NCBI GenBank assembly: GCA_022447205.1
Contig: JAKVBQ010000006.1
Coordinates: 7,186-71,185, forward strand
DNA from: Phycisphaerales bacterium
GTDB taxonomy: Bacteria; Planctomycetota; Phycisphaerae; Phycisphaerales; SM1A02
DNA length: 64,000 nt
Reading direction: 5' to 3'
Position 1 is the stretch's first letter, and every line of letters begins with the position of its first letter. Below are positions 55,536 to 64,000 of this stretch, piece after piece. A program made the position numbers and the translations under genes. A model generated the notes under the pieces. The model was not told the DNA's origin. It made no database searches and worked only from the letters and a program-made list of their open reading frames with translations.

Positions 55536-57413
55536 TCAGGCATCCTCCCGGAGACTGGCCGCAATGGCAGCCTCATGAAGCCGGACGCTTTCTCGATCCA
55601 GGCGCTCCTTGCACTCATGGAATGCGTCGGCATCGACCGCCTCGGGCTCGCGGGCGGCTCGTTCGATGTAGCCGTGGATCTCCTCCAGCAGGGCATCGAT
55701 CGATGCCACGTACTCGGGATCGAGGTCCGGGCGGACCCGGGCAAGGGCCTCCGATATCCACTTCGCATCGAGGGCGGCATTCACCCGAAGGTCGATGATC
55801 CGGTGGGCATGCATGTCGCTTCGGGCATGAGTGAAGGAGTCCTGCTCGATCAGTTCCACCTCCTCGGCGGTCAACCCATAGCTGGGGACCACCTGGACCG
55901 AAGCGCGGCGTCCACTTCGAGCCTCGACGGCGTGCACCGCAAGGACGCCATCCGCATCGACGATGAACTCGACCTCGATCTTCGGAATGCCCGCAGGCAT
56001 CGGGGGGATGTTCCTGAGGTCGAAGCGGGCGAGGCTCCTGCAATCGGCGACCAGCTCACGTTCCCCCTGGAGGACGTGGATGGCGACGGCGGTCTGACCG
56101 TCGACGGAAGTCGAGAACCGCTCACTCGCCCTGGCGGGAATCGAACTGTTGCGTGTCAGAAGCTTCGCGACCGCACCACCAACGGTCTCGATGCCGAGCG
56201 AGAGCGGGATGACGTCGAGGAGAAGCAGGTCACCCCGGGTGCCGTCGAGAATGGAAGCCTGGACCGCTGCGCCGAGTGCGACCACTTCATCCGGATCCAG
56301 CGCGGTGTAGGGCTCGCATTTGAAGAAGTCCCGGACCACCCCCTGCACGGAGGGGATCCTCGTCGACCCGCCGACCATGACCACCCGATCGATCTCGTCG
56401 GAGGTGATGCCGGCATCGGACAGCACATGGGCGCAGGCCTCGACCGTCTGGGTCAGGCGTGGTGCGATCATGGCCTCGAAGTCTGAACGAGTGATCGTCA
56501 CCATGATCGTTCCGGGCAGGTTGGGATCGTCGGTCTCGAGACTGATCGTGGCCTGCTCCTCCTCGGTGAGTTCGATCTTCACCCGTTCAGCACAGCTGCG
56601 CAGAGCCTGTCGTGCCTCGGGGGCGAGCCTAGACCAGGTGTCCGGCTGGACGCCGGCCTCGGTCATGATCCGTTCGATCAGCATCTGGTCGAAGTCATCG
56701 CCGCCCAGTCGGGTGTTGCCAGCTGTTGCAAGCACTTCGACCAGGGCGTCATCGGCACCCTCCTCGGGTGGCGAGAGACGCAGGACCGAGACGTCGAAGG
56801 TTCCGCCACCCAGGTCATAGACCACGACGGTTCGTTCGGAGTCGGCGTTCTGCCCCAATCCGTAGGCCAGAGCGGCAGCCGTCGGCTCGTTGATCATCCG
56901 GACCACGTCAAGACCGGCCATGCGGCCCGCATCCCTGGTCGCGGTGCGCTGTGCGTCATCGAAGTAGGCAGGCACGGTGATCACCGCACGGGTGATCCTG
57001 GTGCCGAGCAGCCGTTCGGCACGATCTCGAAGCGCACCCAGGACGTGGGCTGCCACCTCCTGGGGCGTGACGACGCGGCCCTCGAGCTCGATGGCGGCAA
57101 GACCACGTGGACCTTCGACGACCGTGTACGGGAAGTGTTCGCCGGAGTGATTGCATTCCTCGGCGCTGCGTCCGAGCAGGCGCTTCGCGCTGGTGACGGT
57201 CCGGCGCGCATGAGCGATCGCACCAGCACGAGCCGACTCACCCACCTGGACCCCATCGTCCTCGAATCGAACGACGGAGGGCAGCAGCGCAGACTCATCC
57301 GGGCCGGTGAGCACACGTGGCCCCCGCTCGTCGCAGATCGCGATCAGCGAGTTCGTCGTTCCGAGGTCGATGCCGATGATCGGACCGTCAGGATGTGATT
57401 CGTCTGCCGCCAT
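55536..57413 (-). CDS. Hsp70-family chaperone (HscA-like)
   Basis: 625 aa with IIGIDLGTTNS, DLGGGTFDVS and VMVGGSTRIP, plus a shorter helical lid without an EEVD tail. This resembles HscA more than DnaK. There is no hscB or isc gene nearby. Confidence 0.88.
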   Translation of the reverse strand: MAADESHPDGPIIGIDLGTTNSLIAICDERGPRVLTGPDESALLPSVVRFEDDGVQVGESARAGAIAHARRTVTSAKRLLGRSAEECNHSGEHFPYTVVEGPRGLAAIELEGRVVTPQEVAAHVLGALRDRAERLLGTRITRAVITVPAYFDDAQRTATRDAGRMAGLDVVRMINEPTAAALAYGLGQNADSERTVVVYDLGGGTFDVSVLRLSPPEEGADDALVEVLATAGNTRLGGDDFDQMLIERIMTEAGVQPDTWSRLAPEARQALRSCAERVKIELTEEEQATISLETDDPNLPGTIMVTITRSDFEAMIAPRLTQTVEACAHVLSDAGITSDEIDRVVMVGGSTRIPSVQGVVRDFFKCEPYTALDPDEVVALGAAVQASILDGTRGDLLLLDVIPLSLGIETVGGAVAKLLTRNSSIPARASERFSTSVDGQTAVAIHVLQGERELVADCRSLARFDLRNIPPMPAGIPKIEVEFIVDADGVLAVHAVEARSGRRASVQVVPSYGLTAEEVELIEQDSFTHARSDMHAHRIIDLRVNAALDAKWISEALARVRPDLDPEYVASIDALLEEIHGYIERAAREPEAVDADAFHECKERLDRESVRLHEAAIAASLREDA

Positions 57414-57479
57414 GCAGGCAGTAGTGTAGAACGAGGCCGACCCGGAAGGATGAACAGGCGGAGGGATCCGCCATCAAAG

Positions 57480-57737
57480 TCAGTTCAAAGGGGCGGTTTC
57501 GAGGAGATCATCGGAGCAACCGAGCTCGGAATCCTCCAGGATGGCTTCATCCCGCGACTCGAGCTGCAAGTACTGGCTCAGATGCCCCCCGTGCCCCGAG
57601 GGGTGTCGATTGATCGCTTCCTTCAAACGGTCTCGTACCCTGCCCTTGCTGGCCAGAGCCTCGAGTCGAATCTCGTCTGAAGTCATTTCCAGATCGGTCT
57701 TTGGTCGTGTGCTGCTGAACATCGGCTTCCACTCCAA
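57480..57737 (-). CDS. Possible small acidic protein overlapping the 3' tail of the sigma-factor ORF
   Basis: 85-aa frame (TTG 57737; in-frame ATGs at 57722 and 57686). By hand count over 57550-57730, third-position GC is about 72% in this frame versus about 46% in the sigma-factor frame. Confidence 0.45.
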   Translation of the reverse strand: MEWKPMFSSTRPKTDLEMTSDEIRLEALASKGRVRDRLKEAINRHPSGHGGHLSQYLQLESRDEAILEDSELGCSDDLLETAPLN

Positions 57738-58368
57738 CTTCTATGATCTCGCGCAACCGAGCAAGTGCCCTGTACTTCCAGTTGTTCACTGTCGAGACGG
57801 GCACACCGAGCACCCTTGCGGCCGAAGCGTAGCTCATGCCCTCGCAGACGATGAGCCGCAGAACCTCGTGTTCGCGAATCGACAGATGCCTGATTGCCAG
57901 ATCCAATCGCTCGGGATCAACGGTGATGGTGCTGGATTCCGAAGCCTGGTGAACTGTGATTCGATGTTGTTCATGCCTGAATTCGTCTTCCAGTACCGCC
58001 CGCTTCCGTGCCAGGGTGTTGTACCGCCGGCGGATCAGATTCTGGGCTATACGGAAGAGATAACTGATACTGATGGACATCCTTTCAATCTTCTTGTGAG
58101 AAAGAAGTCTCAGGAACGTCTCCTGGGCCAGATCGTCAGCCACATCGGCCGAGACCGAGCGCCTGAGGAAGCTGTAGACCCTCGGATAGCAGGTGTCGTA
58201 GAGCCGAAGGATGATCTGGTACCGGGCACGTGCGGGGTCGTTCTCGGCCAGTTGCTCATACGCCTCGGCCGAGATGATGAAGTCGGAACTTCGCTGATAT
58301 GGGGCCATCAAGGCCGTTTTTGAGGTCTGGGTACCTCTGGTTGGGTGGTTGTCCTGGCTCGTCATCAC
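57547..58368 (-). CDS. ECF-type RNA polymerase sigma factor (3' end uncertain)
   Basis: Region 2 (DDLAQETFLRLL...YLFRIAQNLIRRRY) and region 4 (LSIREHEVLRLIVCEGMSYASAARVLGVPVSTVNNWKYRALARLREI) lie within aa ~40-213. The last ~60 aa up to the stop at 57547 are low-complexity with poor coding statistics. The local GC is visibly lower than the window average. Confidence 0.75.
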   Translation of the reverse strand: MMTSQDNHPTRGTQTSKTALMAPYQRSSDFIISAEAYEQLAENDPARARYQIILRLYDTCYPRVYSFLRRSVSADVADDLAQETFLRLLSHKKIERMSISISYLFRIAQNLIRRRYNTLARKRAVLEDEFRHEQHRITVHQASESSTITVDPERLDLAIRHLSIREHEVLRLIVCEGMSYASAARVLGVPVSTVNNWKYRALARLREIIEVGVEADVQQHTTKDRSGNDFRRDSTRGSGQQGQGTRPFEGSDQSTPLGARGASEPVLAARVAG

Positions 58369-59048
58369 TCCGCCTTCCGAATGTCGTTGTCAGTTGGCCT
58401 GGCAGCTCGAACCGAGTCCGGGCACGTGACAACAGTGGGGATCTTGCTCGTTCGCCCCTGCTGGTCCCCCGACGGATGAACTTCTGATATCCGCCGATGT
58501 CAGGCACCGGAGTACTTGGCCTCACTGGTGCGCAGACTCCAGCCTATCCGGAGACCCCAGAATCCCCTCCATACGCTGCCTTTTTTCGGCTGATTCCTGC
58601 CAAATCAGGCGGATGGCGCCCGTGCTTCCAATAAAACGCCGCCCAGAGCTCCCAAAGGAGCTTCAACCGCCGCTGACAGATCCTGGCAGGACACCCTGCC
58701 CTCTCGACCGCTGGGGTGAGCACCCCATTGTGGGCAGCTCGTGAAATGGCACACCAGAAGCAGGATTCTCACTCGTACCGGCCCGGATCACACGGATGTG
58801 ATCGAGGCAGGTGGGTCGCGAGCAATCGCGTGGATGGCTGGGCAGGCCACCCTTCAACCCACCAGGCACCGCCCCCTGCATGGAAGCAGGGCCACGGATG
58901 GCAGAGGTTTCCGATCACGCGAAACCGCACCCAGGCATGGACAGGCCCTGACATGGCAAGGATGCCAGCACAGGACCGGATCGGGCCACGGACGGCCTGA
59001 CGGCAGAACAGAGGAGCGAACGGCGAGCGGGGACCGCCCGCCAGATCC

Positions 59049-59711
59049 TCACCCACCTTCGTCGATGGTTCGATAGCGAGCCCAGGGATCGGGACCGAAG
59101 TCATAACGCAGGGGCGCGACCGTGCTGTCCTGCAATGGCGTGTCCCGCAACCAGGCGAGGGCACCGAGGGTCCGGACCAGGACGGTGGTCGCATCTTCCT
59201 TGGCATCGGGGGACAGGACGCGCTGCACGATCCGAAGACGCTCGTTGTTCATCGTGTATTCGACGATGTAGACGAGCTCCTTCGCTCCCGGCGAGCGAAC
59301 CGGTCCACTGACGGGCTTGCCTGCTCCGATGATTGAAAGCTGCCCGAGCAGGGCCCAGACCTCGGCGACCTGGTCTCGATAGAGAACCCGCGCCAGCCCC
59401 GGTCGCGAGCCCGCTCGCACATCCGCCCCCACCGCCGCATGCAGCGAGCCGTCAGGCAGGACGACGATGTGGGTCGTCCGCCGTTCAAGCCGATCCCGAT
59501 CATCGACCTTGGAACCGGCAAGGACCTGGACATCAAGCTGGAAATCAGGGGGAACCAAGGCGATCGGATCGGTGCCTGCTCCGGGTGGGACTTCAGGAGG
59601 TGCCGAACACCCGCTGAGGAGCCAGGCGGATCCGAGCAGGAGAACCAGCCCGATCCGTTGTCGAAGGAGGTGGGCGGTGGGCGGGAATCGAGGCGATCTG
59701 GTGCCAGTCAT
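59049..59711 (-). CDS. Hypothetical lipoprotein
   Basis: 220 aa. Signal peptide plus lipobox (IGLVLLLGSAWLLSGC). I recognise no domain. Confidence 0.6.
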   Translation of the reverse strand: MTGTRSPRFPPTAHLLRQRIGLVLLLGSAWLLSGCSAPPEVPPGAGTDPIALVPPDFQLDVQVLAGSKVDDRDRLERRTTHIVVLPDGSLHAAVGADVRAGSRPGLARVLYRDQVAEVWALLGQLSIIGAGKPVSGPVRSPGAKELVYIVEYTMNNERLRIVQRVLSPDAKEDATTVLVRTLGALAWLRDTPLQDSTVAPLRYDFGPDPWARYRTIDEGG

Positions 59712-59806
59712 GATGGGCAGCGTACCACCACCGGCCAGGTTGGTTTGGAGGGAAGTGCCCCGATGCCATTCCCGAACCGATCAAGACCGGATACCGTGCG
59801 CACACG

Positions 59807-61852
59807 ATGAAAAGCAGCGTCAAATGGCTCAACGACTACCTGGACCCTCCCGCCGATCCCGAACAGCAGGCAGATGCCCTGACCGCCTGTGGTTTTCCAT
59901 TCGAAGGACGGGAGTCCCTGCCTGACGGTGACGTCCAGCAGGAGATCGAGATGGCGAGCAATCGAGGCGATTGCGTCTGCCACGCCGGCATGGCGCGGGA
60001 GATCGCCGCGATCACCGGCCGATCCTTCAAGGCTCCATCCGGCAAGGCGATCGCAACCGGTCCCCCGAGCTCCAAGCTGATTCGCGTCGAGAACACGGAG
60101 CCGGAGCTCTGCCCGCTCTACACGGCGCAGGTGATCACCGGGGTCAAGGTGGGACCATCCCCCGACTGGCTCCAGGAGCGCCTCAAGGCGATCGGACAGG
60201 TCCCTCGCAACAACCTGGTGGATGCCACGAATTTCGTCCTCTTCGAGATGGGCCAGCCGACGCACGTCTTCGACCTCGACCTCATCGAGGGCGGACGAAT
60301 CATCATCCGTCGCGCGCATGAGAAGGAACCCTTCACTCCGATCGGCGAGGACGCGGTCAAGATCGAACTCTCAGCGGACGACCTCGTCATCGCCGACGGT
60401 TCGAGAGCCGTCGCCATCGCCGGGGTCAAGGGAGGCGACGACACCGCGGTCAGCGAAACCACCACGAACATCCTGGTCGAAGCCGCCACGTTCGATCGTG
60501 TCGCGGTGCGGAACAGTTCCCGTCGCCTGGCCGTCGCAAGTGATTCGAGCTATCGCTTCGAACGTGGGGTGCACCCCGCCGAAGTCGGAACCGCAGCGGA
60601 TCGACTGGTCGCACTCATCCTCGAGATCGCCGGCGGAACGCTCCACGAAGGTGTCGTCGCGGACGGTGCGCCACTCCCCCAGCCGAAGCAGGTCACCATG
60701 CGGCCGGAACGGTGCTGCACGATCCTCGGACACGACCTCGACCCGAAGGACATGATCGAGCGCCTCGAGACCCTGGAATTCAGCCCGGTCCTCGAGGGAG
60801 ACCTCATTCGTTGCACCATCCCCCCACGGCGCCTCGACGTCGCCGAGGAGATCGATGTCATCGAGGAGGTCGGCAGGACATGGGGCTATGAACGACTCCC
60901 GATCAACGATTCGATCAGTGTCCGCCCGACGGCACCCCAGGGAGAGCAACTCGCGCTGAACCTGATCCGGACCCTCCTCGTCGGCGAGGGCTTCATCGAG
61001 ACGATCTCCCACTCCCTGGTCTCGGACCGGGATGCGGGACTCTTCCTGCCGGAGGGCCGGGAGACGCTGCGTGTCGAGGAGAACCGGGCCGGTGGAGAAC
61101 CCAGTCTCCGTCCCAGCGTCCTGCCGAGCCTGCTGCACATCGCTCGGCGGAATCGAGACCGTGCCGGGATCTCCATTCGAGGCTTCGAGATCGCCTCGAT
61201 CTTCGACCGAACGGGCGAGGAACATCGAGAGCGTCGATCCCTGGGCATGGTGATCGATGGTCGTCCTGACTCGGATCCCTCGGAGCAGTACCGAACCCTG
61301 AAGGGAGTCGTGGAACAGATCGGCACCGCACTCCGTGGCTCGACCGAGGCCGTGTCCTTCCGTGCCCCCGAGCCCGGCGACGAAGGTGCCTGGCTCGCCC
61401 CGAGAGCCACGATCATGCTCGACGGCCAGGCCATCGGACAGATCGGTCTGGTGGAAGGCGGGATCGCCGGGACATTCGATGCAGATGGTCCGATCGCCGC
61501 GGCGGAACTGATCATCGCGGACCTGATCGAGGGCTACCCCCCTGCCAAGGAGGCAAGTGCACTCCCGCACTTCCCGTCGATCGACCGGGATCTCTCGATC
61601 GTGGTCGCCGAGGACGTCCCCTGGACACGACTCGAGGAAGTCGCACATGGCGCCGGCGACGAACTCCTGGACGGCATCGAGTTCGTGACCACCTGGCGCG
61701 ACAAGAAACTGGGCGCCGACCGGAAATCGGTGACGATGCGACTCCGGTTCCGTGCCGGGGACCGGACGCTCACCCATGCGGAAGTCGATCCACAGGTCAA
61801 GGCGATCTCCGACGCACTCACCACGAACGTGGACGGGGAACTCAGGACATGA
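59807..61852 (+). CDS. pheT: Phenylalanine--tRNA ligase beta subunit (short form lacking the N-terminal OB-fold tRNA-binding insert)
   Basis: 681 aa. MKSSVKWLNDYL aligns to the PheT N-terminus. NRGDCVCHAGMAREIAA matches PNRADCLGIIGVARD of E. coli. B3/4, B5 (FDMEIEEDL-like RRLDVAEEIDVIEEVGRTWGYERLP) and FDX-ACB C-terminal (FPSIDRDLSIVV) domains are present. The ~110-aa OB domain between B1 and B3/4 is absent. Confidence 0.9.
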   Translation: MKSSVKWLNDYLDPPADPEQQADALTACGFPFEGRESLPDGDVQQEIEMASNRGDCVCHAGMAREIAAITGRSFKAPSGKAIATGPPSSKLIRVENTEPELCPLYTAQVITGVKVGPSPDWLQERLKAIGQVPRNNLVDATNFVLFEMGQPTHVFDLDLIEGGRIIIRRAHEKEPFTPIGEDAVKIELSADDLVIADGSRAVAIAGVKGGDDTAVSETTTNILVEAATFDRVAVRNSSRRLAVASDSSYRFERGVHPAEVGTAADRLVALILEIAGGTLHEGVVADGAPLPQPKQVTMRPERCCTILGHDLDPKDMIERLETLEFSPVLEGDLIRCTIPPRRLDVAEEIDVIEEVGRTWGYERLPINDSISVRPTAPQGEQLALNLIRTLLVGEGFIETISHSLVSDRDAGLFLPEGRETLRVEENRAGGEPSLRPSVLPSLLHIARRNRDRAGISIRGFEIASIFDRTGEEHRERRSLGMVIDGRPDSDPSEQYRTLKGVVEQIGTALRGSTEAVSFRAPEPGDEGAWLAPRATIMLDGQAIGQIGLVEGGIAGTFDADGPIAAAELIIADLIEGYPPAKEASALPHFPSIDRDLSIVVAEDVPWTRLEEVAHGAGDELLDGIEFVTTWRDKKLGADRKSVTMRLRFRAGDRTLTHAEVDPQVKAISDALTTNVDGELRT

Positions 61853-62469
61853 GCACCACCACCGGCTCCCTTGCCGAATCGACCCTCGAAGGCCTGCTCG
61901 AAGCGCTGGCATCGAAGCAACCGGTCCCCGGAGGTGGCGCGGTGGCGGGCATCACCACCGCCCTGGCCGCCGGTCTCGGCGGAATGGTGGTCGCCTACAG
62001 CCTCGGGAAGCCTGCGCTCGAAACAGCCCAGCCCATGCTCGAGGAGACGGCACATGAACTCGAGACCCTCCGACGACGGGCCCTCGAGGAGGCCGAGGGT
62101 GATGCCGCAGCCTACGGCCGACTCAATGCACTCTGGAGTCTCGAGAAGGAACACCCTGATCGCGTGAGCGGGTGGAACCAGGCGGTCGAAGGTGCGATCG
62201 AGGCTCCGGGCGCGATCATGCGAACCGCGGATCGGGTCCTTGAACTGCTCGAACGCCTTCCCGGCAACAGTGCACGCCATCTCGCGAGTGATCTCTCGAT
62301 CGCGGTCGAACTCGCGGCAACCGGCGCTCGTTCCGGCGAACGGAACGTCGCCGTCAACCTCCCGTTGCTCGAGGACGAAACGGCCCGAGAACGATTCGAC
62401 GAGACCTATGGCGAACTCGGTGCCCGCGTCGATGCCCGCGCACGCTCCATCCTCGAACAGATCGCCTGA
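61849..62469 (+). CDS. Cyclodeaminase/cyclohydrolase family protein (FTCD C-terminal domain-like)
   Basis: 206 aa with an ATGA overlap with pheT. LLEALASKQPVPGGGAVAGITTALAAGLGGMV is the typical N-terminal motif of formiminotransferase-cyclodeaminase C-domain / methenyl-THF cyclohydrolase FchA-like proteins. Confidence 0.85.
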   Translation: MSTTTGSLAESTLEGLLEALASKQPVPGGGAVAGITTALAAGLGGMVVAYSLGKPALETAQPMLEETAHELETLRRRALEEAEGDAAAYGRLNALWSLEKEHPDRVSGWNQAVEGAIEAPGAIMRTADRVLELLERLPGNSARHLASDLSIAVELAATGARSGERNVAVNLPLLEDETARERFDETYGELGARVDARARSILEQIA

Positions 62470-62499
62470 GTCGGCGACCACCTTTCGGCGATTCCATGC

Positions 62500-62754
62500 A
62501 TGCCCTCAGACCCTCGTGACAAACTCGACGTCGAGAGCCTCGGCAACCGGGATCGGACGCATGAGGAACAGGAGCCCCTCGGCCCCAGGCGCAGGTTCCT
62601 CTCGATCCTCTTCAACTGCTGCAACACCTACGGACGGCTCTACATGAACGAGGCGAAGACCCAGTACCGCGGCCGATGTCCCTCCTGCGGTGCAGAGGTC
62701 CGGGCGCGGATCGGTCCGGGCGGCACCGACAAGCGACTCTTCGAAACCAGCTGA
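62500..62754 (+). CDS. Hypothetical small zinc-ribbon protein
   Basis: 84 aa containing FNCCNTYGRLYMN...RGRCPSCGAEV (CC...CxxC). Confidence 0.5.
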   Translation: MPSDPRDKLDVESLGNRDRTHEEQEPLGPRRRFLSILFNCCNTYGRLYMNEAKTQYRGRCPSCGAEVRARIGPGGTDKRLFETS

Positions 62755-62773
62755 TCCCGGAACGTTCACGACC

Positions 62774-63676
62774 GTGCTCATCGGACTGCTCACACTGCTC
62801 GGACTGGCGACCGCGATCATCCTGATCGCGTACATCACGATCGTGTGCTGGGAGGTCGTCCATCCCGAGCGCAGGACGGCGGGCTGGGCGCTCGCCCACG
62901 GGATGCCGACGACGCCGGAAGACTTCGACCTGCCCTACGAGGAATGGACGGTCGATCGGCCCGACGGCACCAGGCTGCCGGTCTGGGACATCCCCGCGGA
63001 TCCCATCGAGGATGGAACAGCAGAGGATGCACCGACGGTGATCGTCATCCACGGATGGTCACGTTCGCGCATCGACTCCCTTGTACGCGTGCAGCAGCTC
63101 CTCGTGGACCCGAACGGCGCACGTCGCCGATTCCGGACGATCCTGCCGGATCTGCGAGGCCATGGGGATGCTTCCGAAGGACGGACCACGCTCGGTTCCT
63201 CGGAGGTGGGTGATCTCGAAGCCATCCTCGACACACTTGGTGAGGGACCGTTCATCCTCGTCGGACACAGCCTGGGAGCGGTGCTCGCACTCCACCTTGC
63301 CGGAAGGCGAAGCGAACAGATCCGTTCCGTCCTTGCGATCGCCCCCTACGACAGGCTCGCCACGCCGTTCGACGGCTACCTCAGGAGCAGGGACTTCCCG
63401 GCCGGTCCCTTTTCGCGCATGCTCGAACACACGCTCCGTCTCTGCGGCATCAGGATGCGCGACACGAACGAGATCGCCGCCGGACTCTCGATGCCGATCG
63501 AGGTCATGGTCGGCAGTGAGGACCGTGTCTGCCCGCCCTCGATCGCCCGCCGGATCACTGCATCCGCCCAACGGGCGCAGTGCCACGAGCTCCCCGACAC
63601 CGGGCATTCCAACCATCATGTCCGTGGCCCGCAGGACTTCCGCAGGCTGTTCGAACGCTGTCTCGAGGCGGAATGA
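62774..63676 (+). CDS. Alpha/beta hydrolase with N-terminal TM anchor
   Basis: GTG start chosen at 62774, the first start after the upstream stop (VLIGLLTLLGLATAIILIAYITIV). It has VIVIHGWSRS, the nucleophile elbow GHSLGA, and a C-terminal LPDTGHSNHH (catalytic His region). Confidence 0.78.
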   Translation: MLIGLLTLLGLATAIILIAYITIVCWEVVHPERRTAGWALAHGMPTTPEDFDLPYEEWTVDRPDGTRLPVWDIPADPIEDGTAEDAPTVIVIHGWSRSRIDSLVRVQQLLVDPNGARRRFRTILPDLRGHGDASEGRTTLGSSEVGDLEAILDTLGEGPFILVGHSLGAVLALHLAGRRSEQIRSVLAIAPYDRLATPFDGYLRSRDFPAGPFSRMLEHTLRLCGIRMRDTNEIAAGLSMPIEVMVGSEDRVCPPSIARRITASAQRAQCHELPDTGHSNHHVRGPQDFRRLFERCLEAE

Positions 63677-63691
63677 ACTCCAGCAGAAGAA

Positions 63692-63721
63692 GAGGCCCGT
63701 CTCCGATCGGAAACGGGCCTC
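63692..63721 (-). terminator. Hairpin between convergent genes, probable terminator for the minus-strand gene
   Basis: 9-bp stem GAGGCCCGT / ACGGGCCTC with a 12-nt loop. On the minus strand it is followed by TTCTTCT. There is no U-tract on the plus strand. Confidence 0.5.
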
Positions 63722-63748
63722 GTCGGTCGCTGCACTGTCGATGAGGAG

Positions 63749-63991
63749 TCAGTTGCCGGGTGCCATCACACCAACTCGGAAGTTGATGCCCTCGTCATCG
63801 GAATTCATGAACCACCAGCCGGGTCCGAACATCTCGGCGACGGCTTCCTCGTCCATCTTCATGACGCGCTCCATCTCGTCCTGGATGGCTCCGGGATCGA
63901 TGCCCGCCTGGCCGAGCAGCATCGGAAGCATCGCGGCCATCGCCTGCTGCGCCTCGATCTGCCTCACGAAGTCGAGCACGCCCCAGCCCAT
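63749..63991 (-). CDS. Hypothetical small protein
   Basis: 80-aa ORF. The ATG at 63991 is preceded by GGAGAG on the minus strand, right at the window edge. I recognise no domain. Confidence 0.4.
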   Translation of the reverse strand: MGWGVLDFVRQIEAQQAMAAMLPMLLGQAGIDPGAIQDEMERVMKMDEEAVAEMFGPGWWFMNSDDEGINFRVGVMAPGN

Positions 63992-64000
63992 GAGCTCTCC

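Noticed and set aside
58860-58910. SRP (4.5S) RNA-like string ACCAGG...GGAAGCAG...GGCAGA
   Set aside because: On folding by eye it forms a simple perfect 6-bp hairpin with an AUGGAA loop. It does not form the asymmetric-loop helix 8 with a GNRA tetraloop, and there are no flanking SRP helices.
1-64000. Search by eye for tRNA/rRNA genes, CRISPR arrays, IS elements, integrases, phage genes and recognisable defence systems
   Set aside because: I found none: no T-loop GGTTCGAATCC-type motifs in a tRNA context, no regularly spaced direct repeats, and no transposase, integrase, restriction or Cas-like ORFs. Absence by eye is not proof; tRNAscan-SE, Infernal, CRISPR-finding and defence-system search tools should be run.

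Overview
High-GC (roughly 63-65% in the stretches I hand-counted) bacterial chromosomal segment with about 60 supportable protein-coding genes. I recognised no rRNA, tRNA, CRISPR array, transposase or integrase by eye. Gene content suggests Planctomycetota, possibly Phycisphaerae-like (inference only): DUF1080 protein, TAT-signal Gfo/Idh/MocA oxidoreductase, BNR sialidase-like protein, ECF sigma factor coupled to a Ser/Thr kinase, PEP-CTERM protein, and several secreted proteins with dockerin/EF-hand-like C-terminal tails. Housekeeping and metabolic genes: accB-accC, aroA, apt, pheT, dld, an RluA-family pseudouridine synthase, and the tyrosine-catabolism genes hppD, hmgA and fahA, which are dispersed. 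Transport genes: a BtuF/FecCD/FecE-type importer, an MsbA-like exporter, a crcB pair, a ClC channel, two MFS transporters, and a MacB/FtsX-type ABC pair followed by a ZnuA-like binding protein. I see no clear, self-contained novel system. The observations most worth follow-up are: (1) a shared C-terminal twin dockerin-like module ending in a terminal Cys on four unrelated secreted proteins; (2) a 78-nt relic copy of the hppD 3' end at the edge of a visibly lower-GC patch of secreted and surface proteins; (3) a catalytically degenerate GspE/PilB-like ATPase followed by a CvpA-like membrane protein at the left edge; (4) a FtsX/MacB-type ABC pair coupled to a ZnuA-type binding protein; (5) an ECF sigma gene whose 3' tail loses coding signal to an overlapping small ORF, next to a 680-bp non-coding region; (6) an uncharacterised protein apparently co-transcribed with fahA where no maleylacetoacetate isomerase is visible. 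Many long ORFs in the track are antisense shadow ORFs typical of high-GC DNA and were rejected.
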